Positions 37,979 to 46,950 of a DNA stretch of 64,000 bases are shown one piece after another. Both the position numbers and the translations under genes were made by a program. The stretch is taken from positions 1,661,525-1,725,524 of the forward strand of contig CAWIBK010000002.1 of NCBI GenBank assembly GCA_963834335.1. The letters run 5' to 3'. Numbering within the stretch: position 1 is the first letter of the stretch; the number at the start of each line of letters is the position of its first letter. The notes below the pieces were generated by a model. That model was not told the DNA's origin. It worked only from the letters and a program-made list of their open reading frames with translations, and made no database searches. This DNA is from an uncultured beta proteobacterium. GTDB lineage: Bacteria > Pseudomonadota > Gammaproteobacteria > Burkholderiales > Burkholderiaceae_E.

Positions 37979-39343
37979 CTACAGCCAGATATCCGAGGTG
38001 CAGTCGCCCCCCGGATACCGCGTCTCGTGGCAGCGGGCAGGGCCGTTCGGCTCCTTGCCGAAGTCGACGAAGAAGTCCGGGTTGATCGACATACCCCCGC
38101 GCTCGGTGTCGCAGTCGACCATCAGCATGCAGCCACCGATTTGCCGGATATCCGGATAGAACTGGTTGTCCCACGTAGAGAACAGCGAGGTCGTCACGTA
38201 CAGCCGCTTGCCGTCGAGCGAGAGCTGAATCATCTGCGGGCCGCCGGTGATGCGCCGACCGTTGACGACGGGGGCCTTGTTCAGCAGCCCGCCCATCCAG
38301 ACCTGGCCGGTGAAACTCGGATTCGAGGGATCCGAGATGTCGTACTGACGGATGTCCCCGTGCAGCCAGTTGCAGAAATAGAGGAACCGATCGTCCATCG
38401 AGATCAGGATCACGCTGATGAGGCCCGGCACCGGGATCGGCCATTCCGGGTGGCGCACGTTCTCGACATCGATGATCTTTTCCCAGATCCAGCGGCCGTC
38501 CCGCTTGTACCAGTGAATGATGTTTGACGAGAGGGCGGCTCCGACGAAACCGTGGCTGGAGTCCGGGTCGTGATGGAAACGGACTTCGAGCGGCACCAGC
38601 CCATCCTCACCCAGGTAAATGGTGTTCTCGACGCGCTTGTTCTTGAGATCCCAGAAGTGGATCTCGCGGCCGTACTTGAGTTGTCCAACTTCCTCGAGGT
38701 CGAAGCCCGGCATGAAAGTGTTCGGCGCCGCCCATTCGGACGAGACCATGACGTTGTGGCGCGGCTGGTACCAGAAGTCATAGTTGAACTTCATGCCGCC
38801 CAGATCGTTCTCCCATCGCCCGACGATCTCGAAATGCTCGTTCAAGTGCAGGAAGCCGCCGGGCGCGTTTCCCCGTGCGTCGCCGAGCATCGAGATGATG
38901 ATGTCGGAGCCGAGGCAGTGCACCGTGTGCGGGGCCGACAGATTGGTCCTGGACTTGATCTCGGCGCCCTCGATCACCTTGTGCAGGCGCGGGGCCTTCT
39001 GGTCAATGCCACAGTCGACGATGTGCAGATTGGAAGAACGGACACCGGGCACGATCAGATAGCGCCGTTGCTTGGTCGAATCGTGGTGGCACGAGGAGCA
39101 GGCGTTCCAGCCCGTGTGATGCAGTTCGTCGCCAATTCCCGGCATCTCCAGCCGGCTGATGACCTGGCTGTAGGTGGGGCTCTCCGGGTCCGCGTCGATA
39201 GTCGCCAGGTAGTCCGGTTTCTGTATACCGGTGCCGATATAGAGGGCGACCGTGTAAAGAATCTTCTCGCGAGGCGCCTTCATCGCCTCGGCCGGCGACG
39301 CGTAACCCGGACCACAGCAATGCGATCCGCTGTGTTCAGCCAC
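37979..39343 (-). CDS. Selenium-binding protein SBP56 family (SELENBP1/methanethiol-oxidase-like), no signal peptide
   Basis: CCGPGYASP, DELHHTGWNACSSC, HTVHC, YDFWYQPRHNVMVSSEW, GGPQMIQLSLDGKRLYVT, RYPGGDCTSDIW. Confidence 0.93.
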   Translation of the reverse strand: MAEHSGSHCCGPGYASPAEAMKAPREKILYTVALYIGTGIQKPDYLATIDADPESPTYSQVISRLEMPGIGDELHHTGWNACSSCHHDSTKQRRYLIVPGVRSSNLHIVDCGIDQKAPRLHKVIEGAEIKSRTNLSAPHTVHCLGSDIIISMLGDARGNAPGGFLHLNEHFEIVGRWENDLGGMKFNYDFWYQPRHNVMVSSEWAAPNTFMPGFDLEEVGQLKYGREIHFWDLKNKRVENTIYLGEDGLVPLEVRFHHDPDSSHGFVGAALSSNIIHWYKRDGRWIWEKIIDVENVRHPEWPIPVPGLISVILISMDDRFLYFCNWLHGDIRQYDISDPSNPSFTGQVWMGGLLNKAPVVNGRRITGGPQMIQLSLDGKRLYVTTSLFSTWDNQFYPDIRQIGGCMLMVDCDTERGGMSINPDFFVDFGKEPNGPARCHETRYPGGDCTSDIWL

Positions 39344-39463
39344 GGTGCGACTCGTTCATCGCGTTTTCGGCCGCCAAAGGAACCAGCGTGCAGCCGCTCC
39401 TGCCGATTAGATTAGCAGGTTCACCGTACGGAGGCTAGCAAGTTCCAAATGCCGCCTTTACGA

Positions 39464-39500
39464 CAAAAAAACCCGCCAAATCAGTGGTTTGAGCGGGTTT
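39464..39500 (-). terminator. Intrinsic terminator downstream of tRNA-Thr
   Basis: Minus strand AAACCCGC...GCGGGTTTTTTT hairpin with a U-tract. Confidence 0.7.
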
Positions 39501-39543
39501 CTGGGAAGATTTTGGATCTCCCGGACTGCATTGGACAATCAAA

Positions 39544-39619
39544 TGGTGCCGGCTGTGGGACTCGAACTCACGACCTACCGCTTACAAGGCGGTTGCTCTA
39601 CCAACTGAGCTAAGCCGGC
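39544..39619 (-). tRNA. tRNA-Thr(UGU)
   Basis: GCCGGCTTAGCTCAGTTGGTAGAGCAACCGCCTTGTAAGCGGTAGGTCGTGAGTTCGAGTCCCACAGCCGGCACCA; 76 nt, anticodon TGT, encoded CCA. Confidence 0.97.
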
Positions 39620-39652
39620 ATGACTGCCATCGACGCTATTGTATTTCCATTC

Positions 39653-40441
39653 CTACTTCACCCGGGTCAGCCGGGCCTTGCTGCCTTTGCCGCCCTGCCC
39701 CCCCTGGCCACCGCCGTCGGACGGCGGCGGTTCCTCGCCGTCGTCAGCCGGTGAGCCATCCGGGGTCCGGGCGCTTTCTCCGACAACTTCGGTTTCATCG
39801 GTCTTGGACCGCGAGGCAGTGCCCTTCTTCTTGCGCGGCGCGCCCGAGGGCAGGAACGCCAGCACGTCGGCGCTGGCCTGCCCTTCGGCACCCGGATCGC
39901 GTGAGTGGGAGGCTTCTCCGTCTCCCGGCGACTGGCCGGCTTCTGCCCCGGGATCGACGCTGCGGGGACCACGCCGACGCGCGCCGCCGCGCAGCGACTG
40001 CACCGAGGAGGCCGGCGAGTGGTCGCCGCCTTCGTCATCTCCCGGCGCCGTGCCCGCGTGCGCGTCATCACGATCGGCCGAAGCGTCATCCACGTCGTCT
40101 GCGCCGTCCGCCCCCTCCACTGTCACCGGCTTGGCCACTTCGAACGCCATTCCGTGGCCGGTCTCCCGCGCATAGATGGCGGAGATGTTGCCGATCGGTA
40201 TCGACAACTGCTGCGCCACGCCGCTGAAGCGGGCCTGGAACTCCACCCGCTCGTTGCCGAGCGTGAGGCGGCTGGTGGCCATCGACGACACGTTGAGGAC
40301 GATCTCGCCGCCCTTCACATGCTGGCGCGGCACGATGGTCTTCGCGTCCACCACCACCGCCAGGTAGGGCGTATAGCCGTTATCACAGCACCACTCGTAG
40401 AGCGCGCGGATCATGTACGGCTTGGTTGAAGTCTCGGCCAT
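39653..40441 (-). CDS. sspB: ClpXP specificity-enhancing factor SspB with a long disordered linker
   Basis: STKPYMIRALYEWCCDNGYTPYL, IYARETGHGMAF, C-terminal LTRVK; follows sspA. Confidence 0.93.
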   Translation of the reverse strand: MAETSTKPYMIRALYEWCCDNGYTPYLAVVVDAKTIVPRQHVKGGEIVLNVSSMATSRLTLGNERVEFQARFSGVAQQLSIPIGNISAIYARETGHGMAFEVAKPVTVEGADGADDVDDASADRDDAHAGTAPGDDEGGDHSPASSVQSLRGGARRRGPRSVDPGAEAGQSPGDGEASHSRDPGAEGQASADVLAFLPSGAPRKKKGTASRSKTDETEVVGESARTPDGSPADDGEEPPPSDGGGQGGQGGKGSKARLTRVK

Positions 40442-40481
40442 CAGCTGCTCCGCTTGTCGTTCCGTGCACCCACCCGGCCGA

Positions 40482-41096
40482 TCAACGCCGCATGACCTTT
40501 TCCGACGGCGTGAGCGCCTCGATGTAGGCCGGGCGTGAGAATATCCGCTCGGCATATTTCATCAGCGGCGCGGCAGTCTTGGGCATTTCGATGGAATAGT
40601 GGTCCAGGCGCCAGAGCAGCGGCGCCATCGCCACGTCGAGCATGGAGAACTCGTCGCCCAGCATGAACTTGTTCTTGACGAAGATGGGAGTGAGCTGGGT
40701 GAGACGATCGCGGATCTGCATCCGCGCCCGATCCATCATCTTGCCGGTGTCCTTGTTGTGGTCCCGACGCTCGAGTTGCTGCACGTGTATGAACAGCTCC
40801 CGCTCGAAGTTGAACAGGAACAGCCGCGCACGGGCGCGCATGACGGGATCCGCCGGCATCAGTTGCGGGTGCGGGAAGCGCTCGTCGATGTACTCGTTGA
40901 TGATGTTGGATTCATATAGGATCAGGTCCCGCTCGACCAGGATCGGCACCTGTCCGTAGGGATTCATGATCGAGATATCTTCCGGCTTGTTGTAGAGATC
41001 GACATCGCGGATCTCGAAATCCATGCCTTTCTCGAACAGCACGAACCTGCAGCGCTGACTGAACGGGCAGGTAGTGCCAGAGTACAGAACCATCAT
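40482..41096 (-). CDS. sspA: Stringent starvation protein A (GST fold)
   Basis: MMVLYSGTTCPFSQRCR, NPYGQVP, YIDERFPHP. Confidence 0.96.
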   Translation of the reverse strand: MMVLYSGTTCPFSQRCRFVLFEKGMDFEIRDVDLYNKPEDISIMNPYGQVPILVERDLILYESNIINEYIDERFPHPQLMPADPVMRARARLFLFNFERELFIHVQQLERRDHNKDTGKMMDRARMQIRDRLTQLTPIFVKNKFMLGDEFSMLDVAMAPLLWRLDHYSIEMPKTAAPLMKYAERIFSRPAYIEALTPSEKVMRR

Positions 41097-41111
41097 GGAA
41101 TGAGTCTCCTG

Positions 41112-41144
41112 AAAAGACGAAGGTGAGCCGACACCGGCTCACCC
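41112..41144 (-). terminator. Probable terminator hairpin after petC
   Basis: Perfect stem GGTGAGCCG-N4-CGGCTCACC followed on the minus strand by TTCGTCTTTT. Confidence 0.55.
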
Positions 41145-41168
41145 TGTGTGTCGGTGGAAGTGGATGCG

Positions 41169-42050
41169 CTACTTGATATCTTTCCAGTACTCGCGGTTGA
41201 GCCACCAGGTCAGGAATACGAGCAGTCCGAGAAACATCAGCACCCATACACCCAGGCGCACGCGGGCCTTGGCGCTGGGGTCGGACATGTAGGTCAGATA
41301 AGCGACCAGATTGGCGATCTTCTCGTCATAGGCGGGCTGGCTGAGGCTGCCGCCTTTGGCGGGCGTCAGCGTGAGCTTGTGCCCCTCATGGGCATGGTCG
41401 CTTTCCAGCTTCTCGGTCTTTTCAGTCCGGAAGCCGTTGTTGTCGATGGTCACGATGGTCTTGACGAACTCGTGGCTGCCCGACTTCTTCTCGCCGGTGG
41501 TCTTGACCGATTCGATGACCGCCCCGCGCGAACCCTGGAGTTCCCACAGTGCGTGCGGCATGCCGACATTGGGAAACACCACGTTGTTCCAGCCGGTGGG
41601 ACGGGAGTTGTCGCGATAGAAGGTGCGCAGGTAGGTATAGAGCCAGTCTGCCCCGCTGCCATCGGCGGAGGCGCGCGCTCGCGCAATCACGGAAAGATCC
41701 GGCGGCAAGGCGCCGAACCACTCCTTGCTCTCAGCGTCCCAGGCGGAGACCGTCATCGTGTCGCCGACCTTCTTGCCGGTGAAGAGGAGGTTATTGGCGA
41801 TCTGATCGTCCGTCAGGCCGATGTCCTTGAGCCGGTTGAATCGCATCATGGATGCGCCGTGGCAATTGAGGCAGTAGTTGACGAAGGTGGCGGCACCGTC
41901 CTGCAGAGACGGCAGGTCCGTCAGTTTGCCGGTGGGGAAGTTATCCAGTGCGACACTTTCGCCGGCGGCTTGCGCGTGGATGGCGACCCCCAGCGTCATC
42001 GCTGCGACGAGGGTCACGACCGTACGGCGAACGGATACCAGTGCTTTCAT
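41169..42050 (-). CDS. petC: Cytochrome c1
   Basis: CLNCH heme motif, PPDLS, VGMPH, C-terminal TM anchor. Confidence 0.96.
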   Translation of the reverse strand: MKALVSVRRTVVTLVAAMTLGVAIHAQAAGESVALDNFPTGKLTDLPSLQDGAATFVNYCLNCHGASMMRFNRLKDIGLTDDQIANNLLFTGKKVGDTMTVSAWDAESKEWFGALPPDLSVIARARASADGSGADWLYTYLRTFYRDNSRPTGWNNVVFPNVGMPHALWELQGSRGAVIESVKTTGEKKSGSHEFVKTIVTIDNNGFRTEKTEKLESDHAHEGHKLTLTPAKGGSLSQPAYDEKIANLVAYLTYMSDPSAKARVRLGVWVLMFLGLLVFLTWWLNREYWKDIK

Positions 42051-42140
42051 GCTTAGTTCTCTCGATGCACTCAACTCGGGGCGCGCGGATCGGTTGCGCC
42101 CAACTCGGGACAATGGACTGGGACGAATCACTCGGCCGGC

Positions 42141-43526
42141 TCAGTGAGCCGAGAAAGTGACGCGATCCGGAACCGGCTTGCTCTTGCCCATGGCACTCCA
42201 CCAGGGCATGAACAGGAAGAACCCGAAATACAGCAGGGTGCAGACCTGGGAGAGGCGCTCGGACATCGGCGACGGCGCCTGCACGCCGAAGTAGCCCAGG
42301 ATCAGGAACACCACGGCGAATACCCCGTACACGTACTTGTGCCAGTCGGGGCGGTAGCGGATCGAGCGGACCGGGCTGTGGTCGATCCAGGGCATGGCAA
42401 AGAAGATCATGACCGAGGCGCCCATGGCGACGACTCCCCAGAACTTGGCGTCCAGCACGAAGAAGCCGATGACCATGGCGCCGATCACCACCAGCGCGAT
42501 CAGCTTGGCCAGCGCGTACCGGGCAGTCAGGAGGATCAGGACCAGCAGCACCAGCAGGAAGGGCAGCAGGCCGTACAGCACGAATTCCTCGGTGGTGGCG
42601 CGCAGGATCGAATAGAACGGCGTGAAGTACCAGACCGGCGCGATGTGCAGCGGCGTCTTCAGCGGATCCGCCGGCACGAAATTGTTGAATTCCAGGAAGT
42701 AGCCGCCCATCTCGGGTGCGAAGAAGATCACCGCCGAAAACAGCGTCAGGAATATCGCCACGCCATAGAGGTCGTGCACCGAGTAGTAGGGGTGGAAGGG
42801 AATCCCGTCCAGCGGCTTGCCGGTCGCGTCCTTCTTATCCTTGATCTCGATGCCGTCCGGGTTGTTGGAGCCGACCTCGTGCAACGCCAGGATATGCGCG
42901 GCAACCAGGCCGAGCAGGACCAGCGGGATGGCAATCACGTGGAACGAAAAGAACCGGTTCAGGGTGGCATCACCCACGACGTAATCGCCACGGATCCACA
43001 CCGAGAGGTCCGGCCCGATCAGCGGGATCGCCTGGAACAGGTTGACGATGACCTGCGCACCCCAATAGGACATCTGGCCCCAGGGCAGCAGGTAGCCGAA
43101 GAACGCCTCGGCCATCAGGGTAAGGAAGATCAGGCATCCGAAGATCCAGATCAGTTCGCGGGGCTTGCGGTAGGACCCGTAGAGCAGGCCGCGGAACATA
43201 TGCAGATAGACAACCACGAAGAATGCCGAGGCGCCGGTGGAGTGCATGTAGCGGATGAGCCAGCCCCACGGCACGTCACGCATGATGTACTCGACCGACT
43301 GGAAGGCCTTGGCCGCATCCGGCTTGTAATGCATGACCAGGAAAATGCCGGTGATGATCTGGATCACCAGGACCAGCATCGCCAGCGAGCCGAAGAAGTA
43401 CCAGAAATTGAAGTTCTTCGGCGCGTAGTACTCCGAGAGGTGCGCCTTCCAGTTGGACGTCAGCGGAAACCGCTGATCCACCCATCCCAGCAACCCCTTC
43501 GTATCCACCTGCTTCTCTGCTGCCAT
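42141..43526 (-). CDS. petB: Cytochrome b
   Basis: RYMHSTGAS, LPWGQMSYWGAQV, FFSFHV, PVWYF. Confidence 0.97.
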   Translation of the reverse strand: MAAEKQVDTKGLLGWVDQRFPLTSNWKAHLSEYYAPKNFNFWYFFGSLAMLVLVIQIITGIFLVMHYKPDAAKAFQSVEYIMRDVPWGWLIRYMHSTGASAFFVVVYLHMFRGLLYGSYRKPRELIWIFGCLIFLTLMAEAFFGYLLPWGQMSYWGAQVIVNLFQAIPLIGPDLSVWIRGDYVVGDATLNRFFSFHVIAIPLVLLGLVAAHILALHEVGSNNPDGIEIKDKKDATGKPLDGIPFHPYYSVHDLYGVAIFLTLFSAVIFFAPEMGGYFLEFNNFVPADPLKTPLHIAPVWYFTPFYSILRATTEEFVLYGLLPFLLVLLVLILLTARYALAKLIALVVIGAMVIGFFVLDAKFWGVVAMGASVMIFFAMPWIDHSPVRSIRYRPDWHKYVYGVFAVVFLILGYFGVQAPSPMSERLSQVCTLLYFGFFLFMPWWSAMGKSKPVPDRVTFSAH

Positions 43527-43649
43527 GACGATGTCCTGATTCGCTTGTCTGACGAGGCTCGATGGCCGCGCCCTGAAACTTCGGTTGCGCCCTGGGCGCC
43601 GGGCGCCGATGATCCCCGGCGTCGACGCCTGCTTCTGCACCTGGTGCTG

Positions 43650-44261
43650 TTACGCCTTCTTCTCGTCCTGGCCGATCAGCACCTTGGTGTCCGACAGGTA
43701 GACGTGGGGTGGAACATCCAGGTTGGCGTTGGCCGGCTTGTTCTTGAACACGCGGCCGGCCATGTCGAAGGTGGAGCCGTGGCAAGGGCACAGAAAACCG
43801 CCCGGCCACTCGGCCGGCAGCGATGGCTGAGCCCCCGGCTGAAAACGGCTGCTCGGCGAGCAACCCAGATGAGAACAGATTCCCACCACGACCAGATATT
43901 CCGGCTTGATCGAGCGGGCCTGATTCTTGGCGTACGAAGGCGTGGGGATCTGGTAGTACTTCTCGGAATTCGGATCAAGCACTTCCGACTCGGTCTCTTT
44001 CAAAGACGCCAGCATCTGGGGCGTGCGCCGCACCAGCCACACCGGGTTTCCGCGCCACTCTACGCGCCGCAACTCGCCCGGTTGCATGCCGCTGACATCG
44101 GCCTCCACCGGCGCGCCGGCGGCCTTGGCACGCTCGGACGGCTGAAAGCTGCTCACCAGCGGATACGCGACCCCGGCGGCACCGACTGCACCGACTGCAC
44201 AGGTTGACACCAGCGCGCTGCGACGTGACGGATCCATTTTCGGATCGTAAGTCTCAGACAT
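43650..44261 (-). CDS. petA: Ubiquinol-cytochrome c reductase Rieske subunit
   Basis: Tat motif SRRSAL; CSHLGC and CPCHGS. Confidence 0.97.
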   Translation of the reverse strand: MSETYDPKMDPSRRSALVSTCAVGAVGAAGVAYPLVSSFQPSERAKAAGAPVEADVSGMQPGELRRVEWRGNPVWLVRRTPQMLASLKETESEVLDPNSEKYYQIPTPSYAKNQARSIKPEYLVVVGICSHLGCSPSSRFQPGAQPSLPAEWPGGFLCPCHGSTFDMAGRVFKNKPANANLDVPPHVYLSDTKVLIGQDEKKA

Positions 44262-44439
44262 CAAAAGACCTCTTGAAGATAGTGGAATACCGGCTTGCGA
44301 CAACCCTAAAGTATAGCGTACCGCACTGCAATGAAGGGCCGCCGGATCGTTGCGGCGCACCCCATGTGGCTTGCCGACCAGCCGCCACTGCCACGATACT
44401 GCACGCTGCTGCGCACCGCGCCATCTCGGGGAGGCTGTC

Positions 44440-44892
44440 TTGTCGATGTTTTCGGAGTTTCGCGTTTTTGCCCTCAAGGGCAACGTCATCGACCTGGCGG
44501 TCGGGGTGATTATCGGGGGGGCCTTCGGAAAAATCGTGGATTCGCTGGTTCGCGACCTGGTGATGCCGGTCGCCGGCGCGATTTTCGGCGGGCTCGATTT
44601 CTCCAATTTCTTCATCGCCCTGACGACGAAGATTCCGCCGGACGTGCCGCGCACCTACGAGGCCCTGACCAAGGCCGGCGTGCCCTTGTTCGCCTACGGC
44701 AATTTCCTCACCGTCCTGCTCAACTTCCTGATCCTGGCGTTCATCATCTTCCAGATGGTCCGACTGTTCAACCGTGCCCAGCGGATAGTGATCCACGAAA
44801 AACCGACCGCAGCGCCGTCGCCGCCGCCCCCGTTGCCTGAAGATATCCTGCTGCTGCGCGAAATCCGCGATTCACTGAAGCGGCCCACCTAG
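44440..44892 (+). CDS. mscL: Large-conductance mechanosensitive channel
   Basis: [38 protein letters not shown]. Confidence 0.96.
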   Translation: MSMFSEFRVFALKGNVIDLAVGVIIGGAFGKIVDSLVRDLVMPVAGAIFGGLDFSNFFIALTTKIPPDVPRTYEALTKAGVPLFAYGNFLTVLLNFLILAFIIFQMVRLFNRAQRIVIHEKPTAAPSPPPPLPEDILLLREIRDSLKRPT

Positions 44893-44918
44893 GAGCCTGT
44901 GGCGCCAGCGGCGATCGC

Positions 44919-45668
44919 TCAGACCGGGTTGGGATCGTCCAGGTAAATTGCCTCGATCCCGAAGCGACTGGCAAGGTGCTCCCCCAGCGCCTGGATACCG
45001 TAGCGCTCGGTCGCGTGATGACCCGCGGCTGCATAGATCACCCCGGCCTCGCGGGCCAGGTGGGTGGTCCGTTCCGAGATCTCGCCGCTGACAAAGGCGT
45101 CCGCCCCCAGGGCTATCGCCGCCTCGAGCATGTCCTGGGCGGCGCCGGTGCACCAGGCGATGCGCCTGACCTCGCGCGTCAGGTCCCCTACCAGCAGCGG
45201 GGTCCGGTCCAGCCTCGCCTGCAACTGCTCTGCCAGTCGAACCGCTCCGATCGGCGCCGGCAGGCGGGTCAGGGCGATCAGATCCCGGTCACCGCCGGTT
45301 TCATCCATCGTCCAGCCCATGCGGGCGCCGAATTGCGCGTTGTTTCCCAATTCCGGATGCAGGTCGAGCGGCAGGTGGTAGCCGATGAGGTTGATATCCG
45401 CCGCCAGCAGGCCGGCGAGACGGCGCCGGCGCGGTCCGACCACACGCGGATCCTCGCCGCGCCAGAAGTAGCCATGATGGACCAGCAGGGCCTGGGCTCC
45501 CGCCGCAGCGGCCTGCTCGACCACGGCCAGGCTGGCCGTTACCGCGAAAACCGCGCGGTTGACGACCGGCGCGCCTTCCACCTGCAAACCGTTTGGACAA
45601 TAATCCTTGATTGATGATGCATTGAGCAGATCATCGAGGTAGCGGACCAGGTCCGTTGTGCTCACCAT
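44919..45668 (-). CDS. Nif3-like dinuclear metal centre protein (YbgI)
   Basis: DYCPNGLQVEG, VHHG, YHLPLD, GHHATE. Confidence 0.95.
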   Translation of the reverse strand: MVSTTDLVRYLDDLLNASSIKDYCPNGLQVEGAPVVNRAVFAVTASLAVVEQAAAAGAQALLVHHGYFWRGEDPRVVGPRRRRLAGLLAADINLIGYHLPLDLHPELGNNAQFGARMGWTMDETGGDRDLIALTRLPAPIGAVRLAEQLQARLDRTPLLVGDLTREVRRIAWCTGAAQDMLEAAIALGADAFVSGEISERTTHLAREAGVIYAAAGHHATERYGIQALGEHLASRFGIEAIYLDDPNPV

Positions 45669-45701
45669 CTTGACTTCCCTGCCCCCGCATTCAGGAGCCG
45701 C

Positions 45702-46934
45702 TTGGATTTGAAGAAATACTGGTTGCTGTTTGCCCAGGGCGTCACCGTGCTGCTGGCTGCCCTGTTCGTCCTGGCGACCCTCAGGCCGGAATGGCTGCCG
45801 ACTTCCCTTCAGTCGCCGGACGGCGCTCAAGGACGCGCGGATCGCATGCCCGCCGCCCGGGGCCCGGCCGACGAGACACGCCGGGCCACGCCCGACCGCC
45901 CGGCGCCGGATGCCGCCGCTGAAAGCCGGTCCCAGGCGATTCTGTCATACAGCGATGCGGCCCGCCGCGCCATCCCGGCGGTCGTGAACATCCTCACCGG
46001 CGACCAGGTGTCGGCCCGCCCGGGCAGCCCGCTCCAGCGGGATCCCAAGTCGCGGCGGGGTGAATTGCCGCCGCGGGCAGAACCCACTTCGAACCTCGGC
46101 TCGGGAGTCATTGCCACGGCGGACGGCTACATCCTGACCAACCATCATGTGCTGGAAGAGGAAAGCGAAACCGAAGTGGTGATGGCCGACGGCCAGCGGA
46201 TCCGGGCAAAGCTGGTCGGCAGCGATCCTGAAACCGACCTCGCGGTCCTGAAGGTCGACCGGGTGGGCTTGCCGGCGATCGAATTCGGCGACGTCTCGCG
46301 GGCGGCTGTCGGCGACGTGGTGCTCGCGATCGGCAATCCGTTCGGGGTGGGTCAGACGGTGACGATGGGCATCATCTCCGCGCTGGGACGTACCCAACTG
46401 GGCATCAATACCTTCGAGAACTTCATCCAGACCGACGCCGCGATCAATCCCGGAAATTCCGGCGGCGCGCTGGTGGACACCGCGGGACGGCTGCTCGGCA
46501 TCAATACGGCGATCTACTCCCGCACCGGCGGCTCCCTGGGAATCGGCTTCGCAATCCCTGCCTCCACGGTCAGGGACGTGATGCAGCAGCTGATCAAGAA
46601 TGGTCGCGTCATCCGCGGGTATATCGGCGTCGAGCCGCAGGACGTGACGCCCGAGCTGGCCCAGGCCTTTCGACTGCCGCGCCGGGACGGCGCCATCATT
46701 GCGGGCGTGATGCGCGGGGGTCCGGCTGAAAAGGCGGGCGTAAAGGTCGGCGACATCCTGATCAGCCTGGAGGGCCGTCCGGTCACCAACGTCACCCAGA
46801 TGCTCAACATGATCTCGCTGCTGCCGCCCGGATCGACCGCGCAATTCAGGTTCCTGCGGGATACCGACGAGGTGCAGGTGCCGATCGTGATCGGCACGCG
46901 CCCGAATCCGAAGCCGGCCCCGCTCGGACGTTAG
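45702..46934 (+). CDS. HtrA-family serine protease with one PDZ domain (DegQ/DegS-like)
   Basis: GSGVI, TNHHV, TDLAVL, QTDAAINPGNSGG, C-terminal PDZ. Confidence 0.94.
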   Translation: MDLKKYWLLFAQGVTVLLAALFVLATLRPEWLPTSLQSPDGAQGRADRMPAARGPADETRRATPDRPAPDAAAESRSQAILSYSDAARRAIPAVVNILTGDQVSARPGSPLQRDPKSRRGELPPRAEPTSNLGSGVIATADGYILTNHHVLEEESETEVVMADGQRIRAKLVGSDPETDLAVLKVDRVGLPAIEFGDVSRAAVGDVVLAIGNPFGVGQTVTMGIISALGRTQLGINTFENFIQTDAAINPGNSGGALVDTAGRLLGINTAIYSRTGGSLGIGFAIPASTVRDVMQQLIKNGRVIRGYIGVEPQDVTPELAQAFRLPRRDGAIIAGVMRGGPAEKAGVKVGDILISLEGRPVTNVTQMLNMISLLPPGSTAQFRFLRDTDEVQVPIVIGTRPNPKPAPLGR

Positions 46935-46950
46935 ACGTCAGGTCCCGGCC

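Noticed and set aside
37979-39343. Selenocysteine recoding in the selenium-binding protein
   Set aside because: The ORF has no in-frame TGA; SBP56 proteins are not selenoproteins
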